Origin: the human T2T-CHM13v2.0 reference genome, Homo sapiens
Assembly: GCF_009914755.1 (NCBI RefSeq)
Contig: NC_060935.1
Direction: 5' to 3' (one strand)
DNA: 64,000 bases
Shown: positions 26,062-38,289 of the stretch, piece by piece
How positions within the stretch are numbered: the first letter of the stretch is position 1
Layout of the letters: each line of letters opens with the position of its first letter
Translations under genes and position numbers: made by a program
Notes under the pieces: model-generated
The model's input: only the letters and a program-made list of their open reading frames with translations
Database searches by the model: none
Told to the model about the DNA's origin: nothing

Positions 26062-27952
26062 GTTGTATCTCTTCTTTTTCTTCCTATCTTCTGCAACTGC
26101 CCATGCTTGAAATAAGATTCAGTGTCATCTTGTATTTTAAGAGGAGAAATAATTGGAACGTAGAGTGTTTGTGTAATTCTTTTCTAAGAAATGAGTAGAG
26201 GAAATGAATTAAGAGTCTTAACACCAGAAAATAATTCTGAAACAGTATTCTTAAATCTGTGAACTCTTACCATTTCAAAAGGGTGAGAATGTCTAGATGA
26301 ATCTAATGACATCAGAATTGGTCACTGTTTTTGTGTATTTTACTGTGGAAGAATGTATCATTGAGGTAAATAAGATTTTCAAATGAAATAACATTTGGCT
26401 TGTTTAGCTGTTTGCTGCTGGGTTTGTAGTTTGTTTTTCGTTTTTTGTTTTTTTTTTTTTTTGCTTTTATAATGAATCCTCATAGTAACATTATGACTAA
26501 GGAGGAAAATAAATATTTGATTTTTTTAACTATACATGGTCAATTACAGAGGAAGAGATGCAACAGAAAGTTGAGAATATAAATCTAATGTAAAACAGGA
26601 CATCTGGTATTAAGGGTAATGGGGAAAAGGAAAAATATGTTAATAGGTTGATTTTGTGTCGGATACTGTGCTTTGAGCTTTAAGTAAATTGTTTGATTCA
26701 TACTATGATCTTGCAAGGTGGGTGTGTTATCCCTCTTTTACAAGTGAGGAAACTTTTATGCTCACTTCAGTAAGAAAGTAAGAAACTTGCTCCAGGTGGC
26801 AGAGCCAGGATTTAAACCCAAAGTGAACTGCCTCTGTTAAATAGTTATATCATGGATATCAGATTAAAGCATGACTTATCATTAGTAGTCACATAAGTCA
26901 CCATCACTCACATGATGATGAATCTAACTGTAGGCAAACTACTGGAAAGAAAGGCAACGGAGAATGTTGAATTGAAAGCCTGTATGTGCAAAGTCATTAT
27001 GGTATAGGGGAGAGTCACAATTGAATCTCAAAATTTTATAGTTTAGGATTTAAGTGTAGCATATGATAAGGCAGTAGGGAGGATGGGGATAGGGTGGATC
27101 TTGCTGTGTCATTGAGGGAAGCCAACTGGCTGGAGGTTTTGTTGGGCGGCAGGTCTCAGCCTGGAGTCCGGCCCTCAGCTGGCAGCTCCTGACATTGACC
27201 TTTCTCCGGACACCTAGAAAGGTCTGACAGGCTGGCCCTAACCGTGTCACTCAAGATGATGCCTCCTCACAACACTTATCACTGACACTGGGCACTTTGC
27301 CTTTCTACTGACAGGAATGCTGTTGTCCCCTCCTCAGTCTCCTTCCGTCCTGGGAGCCAGGGCTCTGGGATCTGAGCAAAGGGGCGAGGAATGCTAGTCG
27401 AGAGGTGCTTCATGCAGACCTTGGTGAAGCCTGAAGAATGATCTTCATCCATGCAGGGGGCTCTCTGTGGGGACTGGTACAGGCACAGGTCTCAGACAAT
27501 CTCCCTGACCTTCCAGATAGCACTGGACCTACACATAGCCATGGTGGGCTTCTCTGAACCTTGGCTTTTCTCGGGACCTCATGGCTTGGTTACCGCTTTT
27601 AGAGAGGTTAACATCATGAATAGGCCAGACGGCTGTTTGCTGAGCCAGGGAGCCTTTCTCTTCTTTTTCCGTGTTTGGTTGTGCTTGCAGGGCCATCTTA
27701 TTCTTCTAATCTGTAAGTTCTGGACCCTCTAAGACTTTTCTTATAGTAGTAAGTAGACCAGTTTTCGAAGCACTTACGTCTGAGAGTTGAAATTGCAAGT
27801 TGCAGTAGAAAGCTCCTTGAGGTTTCTTGGCCTTTCTAGGTTCTTCTGAAAATTTTTGAGTGAATCTCGTAAGTCTTTTTCAGTTAAGAGGAAAATGTAG
27901 CAATGTAGATGTTTTTCTTATTTCATTCTTACTTTGTGCCTTTTTTACTTAG

Positions 27953-28516
27953 GCATTAAGCAGTCACACTGCTTTTACCAAACACAGCGAGGAACTTGGA
28001 ACTGAGGAGGGCGAGGTTGAAGAGATGGACACTTTAGACCCTCAGACAGGTCTGTTTTACCGATCTGCCCTGACTCAGTCACAGTCAGCTAAACAGCAGA
28101 AACTTAGCCAGCCCCCGCTGGAACAGACTCAGCTGCAAGTGAAAACTCTGCAGTGCTTCCAGACTAAACAGAAGCAGACCATCCACCTGCAGGCAGACCA
28201 GCTCCAGCACAAACTCCCGCAAATGCCCCAGCTTTCCATCAGGCATCAAAAACTCACCCCTCTCCAGCAAGAACAAGCACAGCCCAAGCCAGATGTACAG
28301 CACACACAGCATCCCATGGTGGCCAAAGACAGGCAGCTTCCTACCTTAATGGCACAGCCCCCGCAAACTGTAGTACAGGTGCTTGCAGTGAAAACCACGC
28401 AGCAGCTCCCTAAACTGCAGCAGGCTCCGAACCAACCAAAAATCTACGTGCAACCCCAAACCCCCCAGAGCCAAATGTCGCTCCCAGCTTCTTCAGAGAA
28501 ACAGACGGCAAGCCAG
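27953..28516 (+). CDS. EMSY: EMSY Gln-rich coding exon (ALSSHTAFTKHSEELGTEEGE...EKQTASQ), 564 nt, phase 0-0
   Basis: ttttttacttag| acceptor; CAG|GTAACG donor; overlaps ORF 28025..28531. Confidence 0.95.
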
Positions 28517-29490
28517 GTAACGGAATATTGATAGCATGCAAAGTTAAACTTCTCTGTTCACGGAAAAAAAAATGAGAACATCACGACCCTATCATGATAT
28601 CAGTGCTTTCTCCTGGCAAGAGGAAACCCAAAAGCCTCATTACGCTGGTATTACTTTGCCCCATCAGAAGGTTGACATTAGGGAAGAAATGCACGCATTA
28701 ATATGTAGGAAGAAAAAAAAGCATAGCACTCAAAACTTGATTTTTCAGGCAGTTTTTATTGAAATCACTTCAGCATTGACCAACAGTGCATAGAAGCGAT
28801 ATCCCTAAATTATTTTTATTTTTTGGTATAAAATATTTATTTCCATGCCTATAAACTCTGATTTCTGTGGTAATAATGCTAAGTAAACTACAGTCTTTTA
28901 AGGAACTTCATTGAACATCTTTCTTTGTAGTTTATATCATAGCCATCTAGTTAACTTTATTTTTTAGATTTATCTTCTAGATTACAGAGGAATTATTGGT
29001 GGATAATTGAAAGCAAAATTATATTAGCAAAACCAGTGGCTCTGGAGTGATGTATATGTATGTATATATTATAAATACATATATATAGGATATGTTTGTA
29101 TACATGTATTATGAAGCAAAAGATTGGAAAAAATCTTCTTTTTATTTTAAAAAGCAGAAGATTATATGAAATAATTTGAGCCAGGTTGAAGGTGTACTGT
29201 TTAGGGCTGTAAACCCCAAAGGAAAACTAGGCTGCTGAGACTACTTTTTTCTTTATTGCTATAAACCTTGGCTGGCTGAACAAAGGTTCTTTCAACCCCT
29301 CCTCTTTCTCTAGGTTTTGTAAAAGTAACCAGATCCTTCCTATCCAGCCCTCTTTTTAAAACAGCAAGCTTCAAAACTGTCTTCCTAGTATAGCGCACGA
29401 ATGTTTCTTTTGCCATATTGTCTGGGGTGTTTGATTAGATTTTCTCAAAGAGATGTAGCTATAACACACACAACCCCAATTTATTTTCAG

Positions 29491-29991
29491 GTGGAGCAGC
29501 CAATTATAACCCAAGGATCCTCTGTTACAAAGATAACTTTTGAGGGGCGCCAGCCTCCCACAGTTACAAAGATAACTGGTGGCAGTTCTGTGCCTAAGCT
29601 GACATCACCAGTTACAAGCATATCTCCCATTCAGGCCTCTGAGAAGACAGCAGTGTCTGACATTTTGAAAATGTCTTTGATGGAAGCTCAGATTGATACA
29701 AATGTAGAACATATGATAGTGGATCCCCCAAAGAAGGCTCTTGCCACTAGCATGCTCACTGGTGAAGCAGGATCATTACCCTCCACCCACATGGTGGTGG
29801 CAGGGATGGCGAATTCCACTCCCCAGCAACAGAAATGTAGAGAGTCCTGTTCGAGTCCATCCACTGTTGGCTCTTCCCTAACGACAAGGAAAATTGATCC
29901 ACCAGCAGTGCCTGCGACAGGCCAGTTCATGCGTATTCAGAATGTAGGCCAAAAGAAAGCTGAAGAGAGTCCAGCAGAAATTATCATCCAG
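29491..29991 (+). CDS. EMSY: EMSY penultimate coding exon (VEQPIITQGSSVTKIT...PAEIIIQ), 501 nt, phase 0-0
   Basis: ttattttcag| acceptor; CAG|GTAAGA donor; lies inside ORF 29401..30051. Confidence 0.95.
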
Positions 29992-31164
29992 GTAAGAATT
30001 GGAAGGAAAATGAGAAATCTTGTGCATCTTGGGGGTTGTGGGTTTGTTTGATATGTTTTTGACTTGTCACAGGAAGAATCAAGCCAAGACAGCAGGAAGA
30101 CATAGATATTATCTTTGAGATGGTGTTTGACAAATTTGGTTTAACACCTATTACAAAAATACAAATTTATTTATTTTCTGGAAGAGGATCAGAAAATTGA
30201 TGGACATTGTCACCCAGCACACTGTAAAGGCAATAAAGAGCCCATGTGTCAGTTTGATTTTGTAAGATACAAGCTATACTTGCCAATGTGTTCACTCATT
30301 AAGTCAACCCAGAAGATAGGAAGTTTCTGGGTTCAAATTTTGTACTCCTCAATTTTTGCTCAAAAAATTCTGGAATGTAACTGGATTGCACTTCTATTTC
30401 AAGTTAATTTGGGGGACCCTTTTCTTGGAAAAACAGTTCTTGTTCTTGATCCAAATTTATGACTCAGGACAATCAAACCTCAACTGCAATGTCTGGAGAG
30501 ACATGTTCTAAGGTGATATTTTAAAATAATGTTTATATTTAATTTGGGACTAACCATGAACTTTACTGTTTAATTCAATCATTGTTATTAAAAAATCTTG
30601 TTTGGTTTCTGTCATGCCTTGGTAAGTACAGGCTAATTAACACAATAGAATTATTCATTGATAATAGATGGTACCTCACATTCCCTTGATTCTAAAAATC
30701 ATCTCTTGTCATGCATAATAGGTCAAGACTAAAGAATTACTGAGTCCAGGCTACCCCTTAGAAGTTGTATTTTATCTCCCTCTCTCCTTGCAAGGTATCA
30801 GGTTGTTTTCTTGACATTTGTCATTCTTTGCTAAACAGATATATAGCTTGGAAGGTATCAGAATAGCACATTTTAGTTAATTGAGAATTTGGATTTATTG
30901 AAATGTGAGTAGACTAGGATTTACCATCAATTCATTATGGTAAACTTTCTCTTTGCCATGATCCCAAACTATGGGAGAATGCAAATTGACAATGTTAAAC
31001 CAATTAAGGTAGAATTAAATATAGAGGAAGTGCTTAAAGGCAAGTAGAAATGGCCATTGAATTATTAAAATAATTTGTTTCCCTTTGTAAAAACAAATGT
31101 AAATGAAGTAAATATTTCCTGACAAAAGGATTTGTGATTTTTTTGTATTTTCCCCTGAAGAGGT

Positions 31165-33530
31165 AAGGTGTGGTGGAAAAGGAATGGTTTTCTGGCTTTG
31201 CCATTCATTGTATGATTTTGGGCAAGGCTACTTAACGTCATTTTGCCTTGGATTTCTCATCAGTAAAATGGGAATCAGTAATGCCTACTTTACAGGATTG
31301 ATACAAGGATTACACAAAATCAAGCACCTAGCACAGTACGTGGCTCATAGTTGTTGTCTAACAGATGGTAATTATTACTGTTTTTACCAAAATTATCATG
31401 CCTACTGGGGGCTTAGATTCCTATACTCACTAAATTAAAAATCATTTTGAACAGCTTATTTGGGAATTATTTTTCTGCACTTTATAAACAGGAGTGAAAA
31501 TGTAATTTGCTTCATGTATCAAGGATGATAGTTAATGGATAGGTTCTTTACAGAATTCGCAGCCAGCTTTTAGCATGTCCCATGTGCTAGGTGTGCTATG
31601 TCAGAGGTAAGGACAGCAGAGTGATTAACAACCAAACTTTTGGAGTCAGAGATCCCTAGATGTGATTTCTACCTGTATCCACTATGTAACAGCACTGTGG
31701 GTTTGGGCAACTAAACTAACCTATATATCTCTTTTTCTTTACCTATGAAGTGGAAGCATTAACATCTACTTCAGAGGGTTGTTTTGAGGATTAAGTGAGA
31801 AAATGTATATAAAGCACCTAGTCAAGTGTCTGTGTAGAGCAATGCTCAATAAAGATAGCTCCTATTATTATACTCATCATTAATATATTGTTAGAGCATT
31901 TTCAGGTCTTATTAGTTATGTTTAGCTTTGATCTGAAGTATTGATTTGCTGAGTCTGTAAAGTGCTTTGATTCTAGAAGAATGCTCTATAAAAATTCAAC
32001 ATGTTTGATATTAAATGCTTTGAATGAAAAGCATTGCTCTTTGTGGACAGTCTGTATTTTATTCATTGGTTGATTCGTTCATTCATTCATTTATTCCACA
32101 TGTATGTTTAACTACTGTGTTCCAGGCACAGTGCTAAGTGCTGAGAATAGGGAAGTAAACAAGATGTATCTTCTATTATAAAAGAGTCTATATATGTGGA
32201 ATTCATAGACTTTTAGAACTGCAACGATCTTCACAGTGTATCCTCCAACTATCTTATTTTACACAAGATTAATGTGGGGCTCAAAGAAGTAGAGTGACTT
32301 ACTCAGAGGCCCACAGCAAGCCAGAGACAAAGCTGAACTAAAATCCAGGCCTCTTGACCTTGTCTAATAGTCTTACACAATTATCAGGTATGTGGAAAAA
32401 AGAAGCAGAAACAAACAAACAGAACTTCGTGACTCCAGAACCAATGCGTAGGCATCTTGCATTATTTTCTTGACAGTGTAATTTATATTTTCCCCAGTAA
32501 AGGGTTATTTTGGTCAGGCATATTTGCAAAGTGCTGATATTCAACTTTGCTCTGGGGTTTTTAATGTTAAAAATGTGTATTTATTCATCAAGTGTTTATT
32601 GAGCCTCTTGCTGTGTTCCAGGCCTTGTTCAAAGCTCTGGGCATCTAGCAATGAGTAAGATAGTCAAGATCTGTGCTCTGTCCACGTTCTCTTGGAGCTT
32701 ACATTTTAAGAGTAAGAAACAATTTAACAGATGATAAATGCAATGAACAAAAATGTAACAGAATGTAATAGAGATGGGGGTGGGATGAACCCACTACTTT
32801 TGGGTTGGTGGTCATGGAAGGAAAGCTTTTCCAAGCATTTGAACCAAGTTGCAGATGACAGGACAGAGCCAACCATGCCATGATTTGGAGGAAGAATATT
32901 CCAGGAAGAGAGGAAGGACTAGTACAAAAGCACTAATGTACAAGTGAGTTTGGCATGAGGCTGGTAGCCATGGTAGGGTGTTTGGTTGTATAGTGAGTAC
33001 AATAGGAAACAATGTTGGGGTTTTAAACAAGAGTATGACATGAACTGATAAACCTTTTTAAAGGATGTCTAATAAAGAGGAAAAAGAATCTGACAAGGCA
33101 GTGTACCTATGATATTTACTTACACAGAGGTCTACAGCAAGTGTTCTTCTACTGGTACTCGTCTTGCAGATAATAAAGGGCAAAATTAGGCTACATTTAC
33201 ATTTACATTTGCTTAATAATAAATGAAAGCTTTATTCAAAGTTCTTCTCTTGAATTAGGCAATAGATTTGAGCCTCCTTTGTTAGAAGAGGCACCATAAA
33301 GGAGTGGAAAGATTGCTTTCAGTTGTACAAGATTTGGATTTGAATCTTGGCATTAACCCTGACCAACTGTGTGACTTTGGTTAAGTCATCTACCCTCTCA
33401 GTTTCCTCATTTGTAAATGGGAATAATAATTTTCTTATAGTGTTGTCACAGGGATTTAGCAGAATATGATGGGATTTAGTAGAATGTGATGTGTGAAAGC
33501 ACCTTGCACAGTGCCTGGCATGTAGTAGTT
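31165..33530. mobile_element. Cluster of MIR (~31165-31380, 31610-31870, 33290-33530) and L2 (~32060-32170, 32575-33060) fragments
   Basis: MIR cores (tttcctcatttgtaaatgggaat) and L2 3' ends (attcattcat...ccaggcacagtgctaagtgctg). Confidence 0.7.
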
Positions 33531-33645
33531 GTCCAGTTGTCCAAAAAATGTCAGTTTTCTTTTTTTTTTTTTTCTTGATATTGTTGGGGAAGTTATTCTG
33601 CTACCTTTTCTTACCATAAAGATTCTCCTGTGTCTTCTCTTCCAG

Positions 33646-33840
33646 GCTATTCCTCAGTATGCTATTCCTTGTCACTCCAGCTCCAATGTGGTGGTGGAGC
33701 CCAGTGGGCTTCTTGAGCTAAACAACTTCACTAGTCAACAGCTGGATGATGAGGAGACAGCAATGGAGCAGGACATAGACAGTAGCACGGAGGATGGAAC
33801 TGAACCCAGCCCTTCTCAGAGCTCTGCTGAACGGTCCTAG
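33646..33840 (+). CDS. EMSY: EMSY terminal coding exon (AIPQYAIPCHSSSNVVVEP...QSSAERS*)
   Basis: tcttctcttccag| acceptor; TAG stop at 33838-33840; acidic C-terminus. Confidence 0.96.
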   Translation, partial: AIPQYAIPCHSSSNVVVEPSGLLELNNFTSQQLDDEETAMEQDIDSSTEDGTEPSPSQSSAERS

Positions 33841-35217
33841 TGTTTGGACACAATAGTGCACTTTAAAACCTGCTTGGTTACCAAGTGTCCAGGGAAACCC
33901 TTGTATTTTGATGACTAAAAAGAGCACTTTGCCCGTACTTAGGCTGTGGACCCTAAAACAGCAGTGTTTCAACAAGATGTTGCTGCAGGAGCAGCTTTTT
34001 AAAACAAGATAAAACTCACAGGGGAATGTACTTTTTTAAAAAAAAATGAAAAAGAAAAAAAAAAGCTGCACATTTACAGTGACTTAAGACCTGGTCTTCT
34101 TTCTCTGTTGGATCATGGCCGGTGAAACAGTTTTGTCTTGCAGTGGAAAGAGACTTCCTGTGAATGTTTCTCAACTGGTTTCTGCTGAGCAAAATACCAT
34201 CTAAAAGGAGAATGTGAATAGTTGTATTTTGAAATGATGTGTCAGGAAAAGTTTTTTAAAAACTTGTATGTTTTTGCAAATCCCTGGAAGTGTTGAATTG
34301 GTTAAAATTTTACATTTTCTCAGTTCATAATTAGTTTATAAACACCTAGAATAATACTGGCATTAAAGAATCCTTGTTGGATGGTAGAAATCAGATCCCT
34401 AACCAGTGGGAGGTACTTTTTGGGTGGCTTGTGCATTCTTATCAGTTGTGTGCTAATTTATTGTATTGTTCCTTTGTGCTCTAAGCAGCACACTTGCCTT
34501 CTATTTATTTAAGTGTAAACATTTCAAAGCAGGCCGTACTCCTTCTGACAAATTTCTTGTAAACCAGGATTGCCTACGCTTTCCACTGTCGTCGTCTCCC
34601 CACTTTCCCTCTTCCTTTAAGAAAACTTACTAAAAAATGTTTCATTGCGAAGCAGAGGAAAAGAAACGTTTTCAGACCTAAAGGAAATGTTTGGTCATGT
34701 TAAGAAAACAAATTATTCATTCATATGATGCTTTCTTAACGTTGAAATTGCACATTCACATTGGACTGAGACTTTGAAGATAACTTTTACATACTTTTGT
34801 TTAAGCCCCTTTGAAATGTATAAAAAGTTCATTTACAGTTCTAAATGTAATGTTTTTAAGCCTTCTATCTTTTTAGGACACAGTTTGTTTAAGCAATATG
34901 TTTTGGTCTTGTGATCACTGTCTGTCACAAGTAGAGTGAAAGGGGTAAGGGGGTGGGAGGGTAAGAGTTTTGACAAGTTGTGGCAAAGGAAACTATACTT
35001 TTCATTTTTAAAAATGTAAATAGAAAAGTTTTTAACGGTTTTATATAGATTTCACTATAAATAAGCATTTTAAGACTGACAAATGTTGAACTGTACATAC
35101 ATTTATCAGCATAACTGCCCAGTTTTTTTGGTGCTGAAGTACTGTAAGTAGAATTCATCAACGGTCTCCTAATTTTTGCATCTACATCTGGGGGGAAAAA
35201 GCTGTGATACTATAGTT

Positions 35218-35748
35218 AATAAATTCCCACTAGAGTGACACTGAAGATTTAAACACAAGCATTCATAAGATGCGCTGATCTCTGGTGGTTGTCACTAGTT
35301 CTTCTAGGTGATAATGATTTACCCATAGATGGAGCTGTTGGATATTATTTTATTGTACAAATTCATGTTTAAAAAACTTTGTGACTGTTTCTAGTTAAGT
35401 AATTTTTTAACCTTTCTTGGGTCATAGACTTCTTTGGTAAACTATGAACTCTCACCAAAAAGATACACATGCAACATGTTAAATACATGTTAGACTTTGC
35501 ATACAATTTTAGGGGCTCATGGGCCTCTAAGCCTATCCATGTATTCCAGGTTAAGCCCTCTGTTATGATCAATCCATTACTTACAGATTAAGTTTTTATA
35601 AAATAAAGTATCTTTTAAATATTCATGGATCAAGTAACAAGAGCAAACTTGAATAAAGTTATGTTCTACATATTTTGGCAGCATAGCATACCTGTGTCCC
35701 TTGAGAATTTAGCCTTCATATGTTTCTGCAATTGGAATGGCAAATAAA
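35218..35748 (+). terminator. Candidate polyadenylation signals AATAAA at 35218, 35602, 35652 and 35743
   Basis: Exact hexamers read in the sequence; GT-rich element at ~35281-35300 downstream of the first. Confidence 0.65.
35400..35562. mobile_element. hAT-Charlie MITE remnant (MER103-like) in the distal 3'UTR
   Basis: ttttaacct...tttgcatacaattttagggg...ccaggttaag terminal pattern. Confidence 0.5.
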
Positions 35749-36339
35749 AGTGCTATCATCTACATTTTTTTAAAGAATTACAAATATTAAGAAATTATCA
35801 AGTGAAATTTAAAATTTTTCTTTTAAAGGTGTTAATTCCAAATAGAGCATGCATTCATTTATTTATTCAACAAATATTAATTGAGCATCTTCTGTATGAC
35901 AAGTAGTATTCTGTGCACTGGGGATACCATAGTGAACAAACAGGAAATCCTATCCTTATGAAGTTTATAAACAGGGCTTCCTGCTCATGAAATGGATACA
36001 AGGAATGAAGACAGGAGAAAATAAGAACAATACTTAGGTTTTTTTATAAAGTGGATAGATGATGATGCCATATATGGATTTTCAGACATCCCTTTACTGA
36101 AAGTCTTAGCATTATATCTATTAGTATTCCACATTTAAGTACATAATTTAAAAGTAATTTAAAGTCATCTCTTTGAAGGATATTAACAAATTACAATGCA
36201 AATGCTACAGAATTTTTAGAATCCTAACAACTATTAGGCAGTGATAAGAAAAATCCATTTGGCTTAAAGTAAACTTTAATAAGTGCCTAGTATTGCAGAT
36301 GCAGTTTATGGTGAACTTAGAGGATTAAAAACCAAAGGG

Positions 36340-37150
36340 GGCTTCATTGAGATATTCACATGCCATAAACTCTCCCATTTAAAGTATACCGTTTAATGGT
36401 TTTAGTATATCCACAGAGTTGGGCAAGCCATTACCACAATCAATTTGAGAACATTTTCATTAATCACAAAAGAAATCCTGAAATGAAACCACCACCACCA
36501 TCGCTCCAGCCCTGGGTGGCCACTCCTCTACTTTCTGCCTCTTATGGATGTGCCATAAGAAATGTGGACATTTCATATAAATGAGATTATATAATATGTG
36601 GTCTTTTGTGACTTCTTTCACTTAGCGTATTTTCAAGGTTCATCCGTGTTGTAGAATGTGTCAGTACTACATTTCTTTTTATGGCCATTCCATTGTGTGA
36701 AATATATCACATTTTGTTTACCCGTTTATCAGCTGATGGATATTTGCATTGTTTACACTTTTGGGCTATTATGAATGATGCTGCTATGAACAATTTGTGT
36801 ACAAGTTTTACGTATTTTCAGTTCTTATGGGTATATACCTAGGAGTGAAATTGCTGGGTCATACAGTGACTGTTTAACCTTCTGAGCAAGTGCCAGACTC
36901 TTTTCCACAGGGACTGCATATCAGCAGTCTATAGGAGTTTCAGTTTCTCCACATCCTTGCCAACACTTGCTGCTGTTTGTCTTTTTTATTCTAGTCATCC
37001 TCATGTATGAATTGTAAAGTGCTACCCCATTGTGGTTCTAATTTCCATTCCTCTGATGGCTAATGATGAGCATCTTTTCATGTGCATATTGGCCATTCAT
37101 GTATCTTTAGAGAAATACCTCTTCAGCTTCCTTGCCCATTTTCCAATTAT
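36340..37150 (-). mobile_element. L1MB-type 3' end
   Basis: ttcacttagc...aaggttcatccgtgttgtag and gagtgaaattgctgggtcat blocks. Confidence 0.85.
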
Positions 37151-38289
37151 TTTCTTTTTCTCTCATTTTAAATTGAGAATTTTTGAAGTATAGGAAATAC
37201 TACTAATCTTAAGAGAAAAGTAATGTTTATCACCCTTAAAATCCTAGGTTAGGTTCTAGTTCTGCTTCTCTAATGTAACAAATTGCTTAGCAGTATTAAA
37301 ACAGTATAGCTTCATAATTGAAAACTTGCTTTTAATTACATTTCTTTTTGAGGTTCTCACAGTAGCCTGCTAAGGTAGGAGACTTAGTACAAAGGAAATA
37401 GTAGTCAGGCGGTCTGGATTTGACCCTTAGACTCTTCTGTGTATTGATCATGTGAATTTTAGCAAGTCACATTTCCTCTCCGAGTCAGTTTCTCCATAAT
37501 AAAAGTGAGTATTTCTAACCCCATGGGACTATTATGAAGACAAGATGAAACAGTACACGTAAAAATGCCAGTGAGAGTCGGGTGCTCAGTATTTTTTGAG
37601 TCCAGTAATTACACCACTCCTACTTTATAAATAGAAAACTGAGGGTTCAAAGAAGTTAAATGATGTACTAAAACTCAGATTAAATGCTAATGACATCATG
37701 CTGAGCCATGAATTACTACCTTCTCTAGAAGGAAGTGTTTTTGTTACCAAACAGGACTGGCCCTTGGAAGGATGGAGGAACTCGGTGTTGGGCTATTAAC
37801 ATGTCTTCTAATCAGCCTTGGGTGCCTTTACACAGAGGTGCTCGATTCAGGCTTTTTTTTTTTTTTTAGTTTAATTATGTGTCATAAATCCCATATAAGA
37901 GGAAGTGGAGTGAAAAAAAAGCACTGTATAAGCAAGACCTTTCCCAGAAAGGATATTGAAAACAAAGTCTGCGGCCTCTGCTTGCAGGTTCGTAAGCTTT
38001 AAGTAAGCAAGACTTGATGACCTATATATTGAAAAAGAAGAAACACAGGATCAGATTTGTAATTGTGAAAAGTCTTGCTCTGCCTTCTTCCCTCTTCCAT
38101 GCTCACACATACACACTATAACTGAAAACATATACTTGCTTTTTTTTTTTTTTTAAACCAGACAAGCCCTGTGAGCTTGGACCAGCTCTAAAAGGCATAA
38201 AACAGCAGAGGACAGAATGAAATAGTACTACTTTATCTGATTACTTAAAACTGATAGATAAGCAATCTCTTCTCTCCAAGTGGTTCTGT

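Larger units (their letters stand above)
33841..35770 (+). other. EMSY: EMSY 3'UTR (3' end uncertain, several poly(A) signals)
   Basis: AU-rich, mostly unique sequence after the stop, ending in an AATAAA cluster just before L2/L1 repeats begin. Confidence 0.75.

Noticed and set aside
29401-30051. The 216-aa ORF as a standalone gene
   Set aside because: Only 29491-29991 is exon; the flanks are intron read-through past clear splice sites.
28085-33975. Antisense ORFs 28085..28312, 29688..29930 and 33718..33975
   Set aside because: Shadows of EMSY coding exons with no independent support.
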